A stretch of DNA of 51,701 bases from a bacterium (GTDB lineage: Bacteria; Bdellovibrionota_C; UBA2361; OMII01). Where the stretch lies: positions 1 through 51,701 of the forward strand of contig JAFMJG010000002.1 in assembly GCA_017853605.1 (NCBI GenBank), read 5' to 3'. Shown piece after piece: positions 9,050-21,421 of this stretch (position 1 is the stretch's first letter; each line of letters opens with the position of its first letter). The position numbers were made by a program, and so were the translations under genes. The notes below the pieces were generated by a model. It was not told where the DNA came from and did no database searches. It was given only the letters and a program-made list of their open reading frames with translations.

Positions 9050-10243
9050 CTAGCTACCCTCCTGCCGTATCGAGAGGACGAGCATGGCTGTTGCCACGCA
9101 CGCCACCGAAATGACAACAAGGACCGCCTGAAACCCAAAGAGCTCGATACACGCGCCGAGCCTGAGGTTCACGCAGCCATAGGCCAGCGTGGCGCACGCA
9201 CCCTGAACCGAGAGCACCGTCGCCCGCATGGTCGACGGCACCAGCTCGTTAAGGGCCCTGCCGAACACGACCGGAGCCGCTCCGCGGACAACCTGGTGCA
9301 GCGCCCCGAAGAGGAACGCCCAGGCTGCCACGACGGTGCCGAACAGGACGTGCGCCCCAGCTGTCAGGCCGACAAAGACGATGAAGCTAGATGCCACGCT
9401 CGTCCCCGCCGTGTGCCTCCGGGCAGCGAAAGCTGCCAGGCCCGCCACGCAGTTGTAGAACGCCCACACGGCGCCCTGCTGGCCGGGGGTGAGCCCCGCC
9501 AGCTGGAACGACAGCGGGTAGAACCACACTGCCAGCCAGGTGCCAACGGCAACCACGCTCCAGGCCGCGATCAGCCACAGCTGGGCGGAGCCCGGCCGCA
9601 AGCTAAACGCAAGAACCCTCGGCAGCTCGCCGAATCCGACGAGCCTTGGCTCCTTGTCGACAACGGGCTCGGTCACCAGTGCCAACAGCGCGAGCTGCAC
9701 GAGCGCGCAGCCGGCCGACACGCAGAAAGGCACCCGCTCGCCGAACGACGCCACCCAGCCGTGCCCAAGGTTACCGAGCGCGGTCAAGATGAAGCAGCCG
9801 CTTGCGCCTAGGCCTGCCAGGCGCGCGAACCGCTTCTCCTCCTCGGGCCCAAGCGCCTTGAGCGTGTCGTACAGGAGAGCCGAGTCGGCGCCGGACACCA
9901 GCGCGACACCGGCTCCCATGCACACCTCCGCCACAAGGAAGGCCCAAAAGTCATGCCCCAACAGGTAGGCAACATCTCCAAGAGCAGAAAGGGTGATGCC
10001 CATAAAGAGGCAGGCCTTGCGCCCCCTGACGTCAGCCAGGAGCCCGAACGGAACCGTGCACAATCCAAGCGTCACTGCGAAGCATCCCTGCAGCAGCCAC
10101 ACCTGCTCAATCGAGACGCCCTCCTGCTGCCAGAACGGCATGAGGCCGGGTATGATCACGCCCGGAGCTCCATTGAGCATGGCGATCCACACGCACAACG
10201 AACGATTGCGGCCTAGCCGGCCGCTCGAAGCCATACACTTCAT
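9050..10243 (-). CDS. MFS transporter
   Basis: 397 aa with about 12 hydrophobic segments and an MFS loop motif ...GLLADVRGRKA.... AGGAGG lies 7 nt upstream of the ATG at 10243. Confidence 0.8.
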   Translation of the reverse strand: MKCMASSGRLGRNRSLCVWIAMLNGAPGVIIPGLMPFWQQEGVSIEQVWLLQGCFAVTLGLCTVPFGLLADVRGRKACLFMGITLSALGDVAYLLGHDFWAFLVAEVCMGAGVALVSGADSALLYDTLKALGPEEEKRFARLAGLGASGCFILTALGNLGHGWVASFGERVPFCVSAGCALVQLALLALVTEPVVDKEPRLVGFGELPRVLAFSLRPGSAQLWLIAAWSVVAVGTWLAVWFYPLSFQLAGLTPGQQGAVWAFYNCVAGLAAFAARRHTAGTSVASSFIVFVGLTAGAHVLFGTVVAAWAFLFGALHQVVRGAAPVVFGRALNELVPSTMRATVLSVQGACATLAYGCVNLRLGACIELFGFQAVLVVISVACVATAMLVLSIRQEGS

Positions 10244-11024
10244 AGCTGTACCTCCTAAAAGTTAAACCGCCAAAAAAACAAAGGACCCTACGGCCCGGCT
10301 TACGGGCGCACGAGGCGCGACAAGAAGGGGAAACAGTCAGGCCCTCTACGGCGAGCCGTGGGCTCTTCCGCAGCAGTTGGGCTTTTTTAAGACAGGATCA
10401 AGAGTTGCCGGAGGCGCTCGTTAGCGGGGCGCAGGGATGAAACAGCTTCTACTCATGCCTTCTTGTGGGGAGATTCCGCAGCGCGCAGGGGCGAACCCTT
10501 TGGAGCTGGCCACGGGGTATGCTCGCGCAGCACCACGGCCCCTCCACGCACGTGGGGCGGACATGCCCGAGGTGCGCCGAGGAAGGTGCGTCGCGCGAAG
10601 CGAAGCGGCCAGTGATGTGCAAGAAAGAAACGAGTTCATGTCCACAATAGTACCATGCGCATGATCGCAAAGAAAAAAAACTTTCCCCTCACGGAATCCC
10701 TCTCTGAAGGCTGGGGGCGCTCCGGGGGCAACATCGGCGCCTCCTGCCCGTCTTTCCGAGGTGTTGCGCCCCGTCCGGCAGGCGCGCAACGGGGCATACG
10801 GCATCGGCTGCCGCTCTGACTTCTTGGTGGCGCTGAAGCCGCCACAGCTCGTGCGATGGTGTTGGCTCGACATCCGCGCCGTTCCCTGGCGCTCCATACG
10901 GGAAGACGCTCGCTCACGCCCAGCCGATTCTGCAGCACCGCTGCGCAATCGGCTGGAGCGGGAAGCTCAAGCAACGGTTTTTTCTCAAGCAAGCCCGAGA
11001 GGGCTAGAAAGGTTTTGGTGTCAG

Positions 11025-11297
11025 ATGGAAAACATCACGGAATGGACCAAAACTGCCCAGGGGCTGCTCGATGTGGTCGCTCAATCAGCAAAATTTGTGC
11101 TGAAAGAGATGGCCGCCAGCGCGGGCCTTGAAATGTGGCAGCTGGTGGCGTGCCTCGTGCTCAGCATGTTCTTGGGCTCGCTAGTGCTGTCAGCCTTGCG
11201 GATGCTGTTCTGCAGCCGCTTGGGCCTGGCGCTCATGAAGTTCTTGGTCTGGATGGTTTCGCTGTACGTCGTGCGGCAGATGTTTCTTGCGCCATAA
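11025..11297 (+). CDS. Small hypothetical membrane protein (two predicted TM helices)
   Basis: Only the C-terminal 90 codons of tracked ORF 10761..11297 look protein-like (MENITEWTKT...LVACLVLSMFLGSLVLSAL...FLVWMVSLYVV). The upstream part is Arg/Pro-rich junk. Weak RBS. Confidence 0.3.
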   Translation: MENITEWTKTAQGLLDVVAQSAKFVLKEMAASAGLEMWQLVACLVLSMFLGSLVLSALRMLFCSRLGLALMKFLVWMVSLYVVRQMFLAP

Positions 11298-11395
11298 TAC
11301 GCGCCTGCCTCCCGCCAACCCGTTTTTCTCCGCCGAGGTTTTTTTTGCTCACTTGTGCTTCCCGCGGCGACCTCTCTTCTCTTCCCCTGGCCCGC

Positions 11396-12558
11396 CTACG
11401 CGAGCCGCTCAAAGAGCGAGTCGCTAATCGCTATCCCCCGGCTCGTGAGCCACAGCCGGTCGCCCTCGCGTGCGATACACCCCTCCGACACGAGCTCATC
11501 GAGCGGATCGGCAAAGCGCACAGGGATCTCGTGGCCGAAGGCCTCGCGAAACTCGGCGAGCGTCACGCCCTCAGCGCGCCGCAGCCCGAGGTAAAAGAAC
11601 TCGAAGTGAAGCTCGCTTGGGCCAAGCGCCTCACGCCACGACACAGCATCCGACGAGGCGCGCTCTATGTAGGTTGCGGGGAGCGCCAGCGTGCTCCACC
11701 TCTCTGCTGACACCTTTGCCCCCTCCTCATAGTGCGCAACCATGCTGTGCGCCCCGGCGCCGATTCCAAGGTAGTCATCGCCCGTCCAGTACGCCATGTT
11801 GTGCCGGCTGTGCATCCCCTCACGAGCGTAGTTGCTTATCTCATAGCGCCGAAATCCGGCGCTGGAGAGCCGCTGCGGAATGACGTCGAGCATCTCCGCC
11901 ACACGGCCGTCCGGGGGCAGCTTGAGAAGGCCCCGCTCCTGCCGCTGAAAAAACGGGGTCCCCGGCTCGATCGTGAGGGCATAGGCAGAGAGGTGCGAAA
12001 CAGGCAGCGCCACTGCGGCCTCGAGATCGAGCTCCATCTCTGCCACAGACTGGCCTGGCACGCCGAAGATGATATCCAGGCTTACGTTGGCTATGCCGGC
12101 AGCGCGCGCCTCATGAACCGCCTGGCGTGCCGCCTCGGGCGAGTGCTCGCGCCCTAGGAGCCTCAGGCGGGCACCGTCAAAAGACTGAACCCCAAAGCTG
12201 GCCCGATTTATCCCCGCCAAGCGAAACGCCTCAAGCCTCTCCCGGGAGCAGCCCTCCGGATTCGCCTCGAGGGTGACCTCTGCCCCCGCCTGAAGCGGGA
12301 AGAGCTCGCCAGCCCGGCCAACGGTATCCGCTATCGCGCCCGGAGAGAGGAGCGACGGGGTGCCCCCGCCAAAAAATATCGACTGCAGCGGCCGGCCCTG
12401 GAAACGGGGATCACTCCCGTGCCGCGCAAGCTCCAAGAGAAGGGCGCGCACGTACTCTGCCTCCGGCACCCGGCTTACGGCGTAGGTGTTAAAGTCGCAG
12501 TAGGGGCACTTCTGTGAGCAGAAGGGGACGTGGACGTAGAGCGAAAAGGGGCGTTTCG

Positions 12559-12562
<4 letters not shown>
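11396..12562 (-). CDS. hemW: Radical SAM heme chaperone HemW (coproporphyrinogen III oxidase-like)
   Basis: ...LYVHVPFCSQKCPYCDFNT... CxxxCxxC radical SAM motif, then ...IFFGGGTPS...SFGVQSF.... Start overlaps the secA stop (ATGA). Confidence 0.85.
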
Positions 12563-15306
<2,744 letters not shown>

Positions 15307-15506
15307 GGCTCTCGTCTGAAACTAAGTGGCGCCGTAACTCGGCTGCAGCCTGCGGCAGTATAGAGCAGCGCTAGCGGGGTGTAAAAGGGGATGGAGCGCC
15401 GAAATCACCAAAAAACTCGCCTCGTTGAGCGACCCAGCGAGCTCCGCAGCAGCGCATCGGGGTGCCGCAGAGAGCCGGAAACTCGCCGCAGGGCGCGCCA
15501 GCCACG

Positions 15507-15914
15507 CTACGGGCGCCGCACAAACCCGCGCAGCACGTCAACGATCAGGGGCACAACCGCCCTAGAAAGTGGGGGGTACTCCGTCGGCCGGCGCGCTCGG
15601 GCCTGGCGGGCCTCGGCTGGCGCCGCATCAGCCAGCGCGCTGGATGGATGCGTGCGCCAGCTCCGCCAGAGGAACCCGGCCGCAAAGGCGCACGCGCAGA
15701 ACGCCAGCGGGTGCCGATGGAACTGGGTCGCCGGGCTAATCTCCTCGCGCGCATCATGGAGCGATCGCTTCACCCGCTCAGAGGCGCCCGCGACGGTTCC
15801 GCGAATCTCGTGATTCAGGGCGTGGAGCTTGCTTCCAAGCGCGGCGCGGGTTGCCTCTATCTCGTGCCGGAGCGCCTCCGGCGGAGCTACATCGAGGCTT
15901 GATCCTGCATCCAT
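15507..15914 (-). CDS. DUF3618-like membrane-anchored protein
   Basis: Start taken at MDAGSS... (ATG 15914). ...LRHEIEATRAALGSKLHAL... coiled segment, then hydrophobic ...HPLAFCACAFAAGFLW.... Overlaps the upstream gene end by 28 nt. Confidence 0.55.
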   Translation of the reverse strand: MDAGSSLDVAPPEALRHEIEATRAALGSKLHALNHEIRGTVAGASERVKRSLHDAREEISPATQFHRHPLAFCACAFAAGFLWRSWRTHPSSALADAAPAEARQARARRPTEYPPLSRAVVPLIVDVLRGFVRRP

Positions 15915-16300
15915 TGGGCGCTCTCCCTTAGTGTGCTGGTCGTCTGCTCGGGAAATATCCGTATCTTCCGGCTCTTTTTGGCCACTATTCGCATCAATAT
16001 GGCGCCTGCAGCGCCGCTCAGCAGCGCCACAGCCAGGTAACCCTGCCACAACGACAGGTGAGGGAACGCCTCCACGAAGAGGTGCGAGAGGGCGACACTG
16101 AAGAGCACCGCCGAGATCCCCAGAAAAAACGACGCCGCCACCAGGTAGCCCAGCACGTCTCTCGCCCTCTTTGCGTCCTCACGAACCTCGACCTTGGCGA
16201 GAGCGAACTCCTGCCGCAGAAGCTTCTGCGTGTCCTCAACGATATCCCGCATGAGGGGCAGGACGTGATCCTCAAGATCTCCCCGAATATCCTCGAACAT
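15887..16300 (-). CDS. Holin-X / phage-holin-superfamily-III-like membrane protein
   Basis: 137 aa. Amphipathic N-terminus ...LLRQEFALAKVEVREDAKRA... followed by two TM helices, the architecture of the putative Holin-X family. Confidence 0.6.
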   Translation of the reverse strand: MFEDIRGDLEDHVLPLMRDIVEDTQKLLRQEFALAKVEVREDAKRARDVLGYLVAASFFLGISAVLFSVALSHLFVEAFPHLSLWQGYLAVALLSGAAGAILMRIVAKKSRKIRIFPEQTTSTLRESAQWMQDQASM

Positions 16301-16301
16301 G

Positions 16302-16673
16302 CTACCTCCGCCGGCTGCCGCTCAGTGCGCCGATAATGTATCCTGCGCCCCAAGAGGCGATGAGCGACTGCACTGGATAGCGCTCTACGATGCCGCGCAC
16401 CTCATCCGGAACCCGAAACGGCGACGGCCGAGCGCTTGCACCCTCGCCGCTTGCCGGCTCCTGGCCCACCGGAGCGCCCCCTGGCTCTGAAGCCGTGGAG
16501 CGGGCCCTGCGCACCCGTTCGCCAAGGGCAGTCACGATCCTCTCAAGGCCCTGAACGAGCCGCGTCTCGATAGGCGGCCGCGAAGCCCCCCCTTCAACTC
16601 TTCCCAAGGCAGCTGCTTCTTCCTGGACCGCCGTCCCCTCGCCTGCCACCTGCTGCCCACTGCCCTCTGCCAT
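16302..16673 (-). CDS. DUF883 / YqjD-ElaB-like tail-anchored protein
   Basis: Start taken at MAEGSG... (ATG 16673, AAGGAGA upstream). C-terminal ...YPVQSLIASWGAGYIIGALSGSRRR resembles the DUF883 tail anchor. Stop is 1 nt before the next gene. Confidence 0.55.
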   Translation of the reverse strand: MAEGSGQQVAGEGTAVQEEAAALGRVEGGASRPPIETRLVQGLERIVTALGERVRRARSTASEPGGAPVGQEPASGEGASARPSPFRVPDEVRGIVERYPVQSLIASWGAGYIIGALSGSRRR

Positions 16674-16798
16674 GCCGCTCTCCTTGCGCGCGTCGCGCCC
16701 CGGCCGCTCGCCAACCCGAGCGCCACGCGCCCTACGGTAGGCGCGGCAGGGCGCGATGCCCATGAGTTGCATCATGAGGGGGCCGATCAAGGCGGGCA

Positions 16799-18517
16799 CT
16801 ACAGCGAGTGGCCGCCGCTGTTTCGGGACTCCAAAATCGCTCGCGCGCGCTCGATGAGCGTGTCCGCCTCTTCGGCGCTCTCTGGCGGCAGAAGGTGCGC
16901 CAGCCGTTGCAGGTTCCTGGCGAACCACTCCGACTGGGTGTCGTTGTGGCGCTGCTGCATGCTCACGGCGGCTCGTGCCGAGCTGAGTGCCGCCTCGGTC
17001 TCGCCCGCCTGCTCCTGGAAATCAACGAGCTTGCCGAGCAGGACAAGCTTGAGGTGGTAGCAGGAGTTTCCGTAGGCACGCTCGAGCACCAACAGGAAGT
17101 CTTGAGTAATAGCGCAAGCCTGGGCTGGGTTGCCCTCCTCAACGGCCAACAGGGCCCGTGTCATCACAACTTTTACCTGGAGCTGTTGCGCAAGCTGGGC
17201 CGGAAGCTCCGCCAGCCGCCCAAGAACGCCCTGAAGCACCTCCCTGCTCTCGCTGGGATCGATCTCAGCGAGGATGTATGCCTTTGTGGCGAGCATCGAA
17301 AGCTCGCAGAAATCACGATCCAGCCCGGACAGCTCGTTAAGCCGTCCTGAGACGCGACCGAGGCTCTCAAGGGCGCCACTGAAGTCTCCCTCGTTAACCC
17401 TTTCAAGAATTGCGCCATCCACCTCGCTTAAGAGCCGTCCAGCGACATCAAGCTCCTTTGAGATCTCCCGCATGCATGCGCGCACCCTCTGGGCCTCCTC
17501 CTCAAGCCCACGAGACACGTAGAGGCCCAGGAGGTCCTCTGCCGCCAGATGCGCCCGCTCCCGCTCCCCGATGCTTCTGGCCTTGGAGATGGTCTCAGTG
17601 AAATGCAGCTCAGCTGCCTCAAACTCGCTGAGCTCGGCGTGGCTCTGCGCAAGCGACTGCCGCACGGCAAGCGCAAGCGCCTCGTCATCCTCGCCATCTG
17701 CCCCGTGCACCGTTGCAGTGCTTGCGACGAGCTCCGCGAGGAGCATCGACCGGACCACCTTGGCGCGGCCAAAGTTGCCTGCTTTGTGGGCCATTTCGCC
17801 AATGTGCAGCTTGACCAGCCGGAGTATGTCCGGATCACATTCCTCAGCCTGCACGAGGAACCGCCGCGCCCGCTCGGCGAGCATCAGGGCCGGCACGAAC
17901 CTCCCCCGTTCCTCATGCGCTGCTGAGGCCTCCATAAGCGTGCGCGCCACATCCGGGTATTCGCCGGGGCGAGTTCTCCTAAAGAACCGCATAGCCTCGC
18001 CCAGCGTCTCTCTGTAGGCGCGCGGGTGCCCCCGCTCCGCACCGAGAAGGCCCCAGGCAAGCACCAGGCGCCCGCGAAGCTCGTGGCTGTTTTCGACCAT
18101 CGCCGCGAGCGCTGTGGCGCTCCCGAGGGTGCGGGCAGCCTCATCGAGGTGGCCGAGAAGCGTGAGCGCCTCCCCTTTTCGCACGTACAGGGACAGCACC
18201 GCCGCATCGGGGCGAAACCGCTGCCTGCTGATGATATCGATGGCGTCGCTGAGGCACCGCTCTGCCTCAAAAAACTCGCCGTTTCTGACGAGCAGGGAAG
18301 CTGCAAAGTCGCGCGCCGCAACGCTTGAGCCCGCCTGGTACGGTATCGCCCTGTCCACAGCCTCAATGGCCTGCCTGACAAGGCTAAGGGCCGCTCCTAC
18401 TTGGTACTGGCCAAAGAGGCGCACCGACTCCTCAAAGAGGAACGATGAGCGCATCTCGGGCTCATTAGGGGGTGCCGGCACCTCGCCTGGCTCACGCGCA
18501 TCTCGGGGGGAAAACAT
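16799..18517 (-). CDS. TPR-like all-helical repeat protein (hypothetical)
   Basis: 572 aa. Repeated approx 40-aa helical units with A/L/E/R-rich TPR_12-like pattern (...GRFVPALMLAERARRF..., ...GNFGRAKVVRSML..., ...SEFEAAELHFTETISKA...). Confidence 0.6.
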   Translation of the reverse strand: MFSPRDAREPGEVPAPPNEPEMRSSFLFEESVRLFGQYQVGAALSLVRQAIEAVDRAIPYQAGSSVAARDFAASLLVRNGEFFEAERCLSDAIDIISRQRFRPDAAVLSLYVRKGEALTLLGHLDEAARTLGSATALAAMVENSHELRGRLVLAWGLLGAERGHPRAYRETLGEAMRFFRRTRPGEYPDVARTLMEASAAHEERGRFVPALMLAERARRFLVQAEECDPDILRLVKLHIGEMAHKAGNFGRAKVVRSMLLAELVASTATVHGADGEDDEALALAVRQSLAQSHAELSEFEAAELHFTETISKARSIGERERAHLAAEDLLGLYVSRGLEEEAQRVRACMREISKELDVAGRLLSEVDGAILERVNEGDFSGALESLGRVSGRLNELSGLDRDFCELSMLATKAYILAEIDPSESREVLQGVLGRLAELPAQLAQQLQVKVVMTRALLAVEEGNPAQACAITQDFLLVLERAYGNSCYHLKLVLLGKLVDFQEQAGETEAALSSARAAVSMQQRHNDTQSEWFARNLQRLAHLLPPESAEEADTLIERARAILESRNSGGHSL

Positions 18518-18620
18518 AAGGGGCCAAGGATAGCGAAAGTTAGCCAGGCAACGAAAGAGGCGCCATCAGGCACCAAAAGGGACAGATGCGCCCCAAAGCG
18601 CCCTTCTGCTGGCTATTGCC

Positions 18621-19151
18621 TCACAGCCGCCGCGGGGGAAATTGTGCGAGGAGCGTGGCAGCCTGAAGCGGAGCAGCGCCCCGCAGCTGCTCCTCGCTTG
18701 CCATCTCGAAATCAGCAAAGTCGAAGCCGGGGCTGACGGTGCAGCCTGCAAGCACGTACGGCGCTCCCCGTTGCGGCGCCGCAGCAAACCAGGTCCCCGC
18801 CGGCACCACCACCTGCAGCTGCTCGCCCCTCAAAATATCCCTGCCAAGGGTCTCGATGGCGTGGCCACCGTTGTTGTCGAGCATATGGATATCGAGCGGC
18901 CCCCCGGCATAGTGGTGCCACAGCTCATCTGACTTGATGCGGTGAAAGGCAGAGTAGTCCCCCTGCTCAAGCAGGTAGATGATCGACGTCGAGCATGCGC
19001 GCAAACCCGGCGCGAACCGCTCAGGAAGGGCGCCCGGAGCGAGCGTGTCACGGGAACGGTACGTCTCGCGGAAGTGTCCCCCTTCGGGATGTGGCTGCAA
19101 ATTGAGCAAGGACACCCAATCAAGGGCGGAACGTGCATGCTGATCGGTCAT
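18621..19151 (-). CDS. DUF985 cupin-fold protein
   Basis: ...LNLQPHPEGGHFRETYRS...STSIIYLLEQGDYSAFHRIKSDELWHHYAGGPL...VPAGTWFAA...LAGCTVSPGFDFADFE... matches the DUF985 cupin pattern. Confidence 0.75.
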   Translation of the reverse strand: MTDQHARSALDWVSLLNLQPHPEGGHFRETYRSRDTLAPGALPERFAPGLRACSTSIIYLLEQGDYSAFHRIKSDELWHHYAGGPLDIHMLDNNGGHAIETLGRDILRGEQLQVVVPAGTWFAAAPQRGAPYVLAGCTVSPGFDFADFEMASEEQLRGAAPLQAATLLAQFPPRRL

Positions 19152-19290
19152 GGCCCAGCAGCCTAGCCGACTGCCGCGCCTTGCGGAAGGGCTCGCACCA
19201 CAGCTGAAGCGGGCCAGAGGCAGCGGAAAGATGTTTCCGAACCGGAGATTCTCGGCTACAGATTAGCGGGACAAGAGAGGAGCTACCGCC

Positions 19291-19677
19291 ATGAACCAGC
19301 AATGCCCCCGCAACCCCGCCATACGCTCGATTATGATGCCTCGGGACACCAACGCGCTCGGGAGCATCTTCGGGGGCCACATCTTGAGCCTCATTGACTT
19401 GGCTGCCGGCCAGCACGCCCGCTCCGTTGCCCCCAAGAAGTACGTGACGAAGGTCATGCGCGAGGTGCAGTTTATCTCTCCGGTCTTTGTCGGCGACTCG
19501 GTAAGCTTCTACTGCGACACGCTCAAGATCGGCACTACCTCCATAACTATCAAGGTTGAAGTTGAGGCGACTCGCGGCGTTGACTCGCTGCACACCATTC
19601 CGGTCACAAATGCTGAGGTCGTCATGGTGGCGGTCGACTCAAGCAACCGTCCCATCGCTATCTTTGACCAGGCCTAG
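19291..19677 (+). CDS. Acyl-CoA thioesterase, hotdog fold (YciA-like)
   Basis: ...MPRDTNALGSIFGGHILSLIDLAAG...VTKVMREVQFISPVFVGD... Confidence 0.8.
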   Translation: MNQQCPRNPAIRSIMMPRDTNALGSIFGGHILSLIDLAAGQHARSVAPKKYVTKVMREVQFISPVFVGDSVSFYCDTLKIGTTSITIKVEVEATRGVDSLHTIPVTNAEVVMVAVDSSNRPIAIFDQA

Positions 19678-20556
19678 CGAGCCAGCCGGAACGAGGCAGC
19701 CCGCCGACACAAGCGAGCGCACCATGTCGTGGAAGCGCCGAAAGTCATCCTCCTCGGAGCCGCAGCCCGCTGTGGCAACAAATGCGTCGGCGAGCTCCGA
19801 TAGCAGCACCTGCGCGCCGCGCCTCGCTGAAAAGATCTCTGCCACCGCCTCCGGAGCCTCAACCCACGTGACGCCGAAGTCGTGGGGACGACCCCCAATA
19901 AGGATGCAGTGGCCCCGCTGTGGAACACGCAGATCGCCGCTCTCGAGGAGGGCTGCGCGAACCGCGAGCATGCGCCACGAGAGAGCCGCAACTCGGACGA
20001 GCCTCGGCACGAGCATCGGCTGTGCGAGGAGCTCCGCTACCGTCCCAGCGCTTAAGCCGTCAAGGGCGCTCGCTGCCTGAGGGCGCAGCGGCTCGTCGGG
20101 AGCTTTCCGGATCTCGAGCATCGCCTGCTCCAGCGCCGCAGACTCCTCAAGCCAAGGGGCTTCGCGCTGCATCCCGCGGCACTCGCGCGTTATAAACTCA
20201 AGGAAGCACTCACCGAGGCTTGGGCTGTGGATGCCGCTCCACGGCGCGACGCGGTGCACGCGCTGCGCGAGGCTGCTCGCCGAGAATTCGCCCCAGCCCG
20301 CCGGCCAGACAGAGCGCACGATAGCCACCGTGAGGGGAAACGCGCCCTGAATGAGGCTCCCCTCTGCCGAGAAGACGCTCGTCGAGTACAGGGCCAGCCG
20401 CTCCGGCTCCATCTTTGAGAGATCCTCTGCCTCTTCTGCAGAGAGGCAAGGGAACCGCTCGCGGTAAAGGGCGAGCCGCTCTTCCCGGGAGGCTGGGAGC
20501 TCGATGCCATCAAGCACGAGCTGCCGAAACGCTGACAGCACACCCGCAAGCGCCAT
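19639..20556 (-). CDS. DUF2063-family partner protein of the MNIO enzyme (BufC/HvfC-like)
   Basis: 305 aa, starts 4 nt after the DUF692 stop. N-terminal ...FRQLVLDG...LALYRERF... resembles the DUF2063 N-terminus. Position immediately 3' of DUF692 is the canonical arrangement. 3' end overlaps the convergent thioesterase by 39 nt. Confidence 0.65.
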   Translation of the reverse strand: MALAGVLSAFRQLVLDGIELPASREERLALYRERFPCLSAEEAEDLSKMEPERLALYSTSVFSAEGSLIQGAFPLTVAIVRSVWPAGWGEFSASSLAQRVHRVAPWSGIHSPSLGECFLEFITRECRGMQREAPWLEESAALEQAMLEIRKAPDEPLRPQAASALDGLSAGTVAELLAQPMLVPRLVRVAALSWRMLAVRAALLESGDLRVPQRGHCILIGGRPHDFGVTWVEAPEAVAEIFSARRGAQVLLSELADAFVATAGCGSEEDDFRRFHDMVRSLVSAGCLVPAGSLGLVKDSDGTVA

Positions 20557-20560
20557 GCCG

Positions 20561-21406
20561 CTACGAGGCCTCCCTGGGGGCGATATCTTGCATCATCCGA
20601 TCAGCCATCTGTGCCTCAGCAAGGAGCCTTGAGACCGGCGGCAAGAGGTTGTCCCACTCAACCAGGACCGACGTCGGCCCGGTCTTCTCAATGGTGCTCC
20701 TGAAGAGCTCCCAGACAGCCGGGTCAACCGGCCCATCGTGGCTGTCGATCACTGCCCCACTTTCGTCAGGCACCCAGCCTGCGAGGTGGATCTGGCCCAC
20801 CCGGGCCAGCGGCAGCGAGGATATAAACTCAAGCGCGTCGTAGCCATGAAACTTCGAGTTGAGGTGCACGTTCGTGACGTCGAGCAGGAGCCCACACTCC
20901 GCCTGCTCGACGATCTCAGAGATGAACTGCGCTTCCGACATCTCCCTGTCAGACACCGTCACGTAGCGAGTGATGTTTTCAAGCAGAAACGGGAGCTCAA
21001 GCTCCTGTTGCACGATCCGGATCCGCTCAACAACGTGCCTCACAGTCTCGCGCGTGAACGGCAAGGGCATCAGGTCGAGCATGTTTGTGTGGTCAACCTT
21101 GGTGAAGCAAAGGTGGTCTGAGGTCCACGGAGATCCGATCTCCCTGCAGAAGCCTTTCATGCGCCTCAGGTAGTCCCTGTCGAGCGGATCAGTGGAGCCG
21201 ATCGCGAGGCAGACCCCGTGCGACACCACCGTATAGAGCTCGCATATCTGGCGAAGCCGGTCACGGGAGTACCCGCCGAAATCCATGAAGTCGTCAGAGA
21301 TAATCTCGAGCCAATTGAAGGGCGGCCTCGTCGCAATAATCTCGTCAAAGTGCTCGTGCCTGAGCCCCGCTCCTCCACCGAGGGCGGGCAAGTTACAGTT
21401 TCTCAC
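20561..21406 (-). CDS. DUF692 / MNIO-family (MbnB/TglH/BufB-like) multinuclear non-heme iron oxidative enzyme
   Basis: ...GAGLRHEHFDEII...NWLEIISDDFM...VSHGVCLAIGS...SDHLCF...LLENITRYV...GLLLDVTNVH...QIHLAGW...LVEWD... are the TIM-barrel DUF692 blocks. Start set at GTG 21406, after the hairpin. TTG 21490 and TTG 21391 are alternatives. Confidence 0.85.
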   Translation of the reverse strand: MRNCNLPALGGGAGLRHEHFDEIIATRPPFNWLEIISDDFMDFGGYSRDRLRQICELYTVVSHGVCLAIGSTDPLDRDYLRRMKGFCREIGSPWTSDHLCFTKVDHTNMLDLMPLPFTRETVRHVVERIRIVQQELELPFLLENITRYVTVSDREMSEAQFISEIVEQAECGLLLDVTNVHLNSKFHGYDALEFISSLPLARVGQIHLAGWVPDESGAVIDSHDGPVDPAVWELFRSTIEKTGPTSVLVEWDNLLPPVSRLLAEAQMADRMMQDIAPREAS

Positions 21407-21421
21407 GCTGCCACCAGAAAC

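Noticed and set aside
9020-9811. 263-aa plus-strand ORF opposite the MFS transporter
   Set aside because: Arg/His/Pro-rich and antisense to a clear 12-TM transporter.
10285-10765. RNase P RNA-like fragments (CCCGGCTTA at about 10293 on the plus strand; GGAAAGACGGGC on the minus strand at about 10748..10759)
   Set aside because: The two motifs are on opposite strands and in the wrong order and spacing. The GGAAAG motif deviates from GGAAAGUCCGGGC, and the flanks do not match P4/CR-IV. I also found no tmRNA or SRP signatures. Needs Infernal to be sure.
10421-10992. Minus-strand ORFs of 175 and 118 aa in the 10.2-11.0 kb gap
   Set aside because: Very high Arg/Pro/Ala content, no RBS and no motifs. 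The region is treated as non-coding or unknown.
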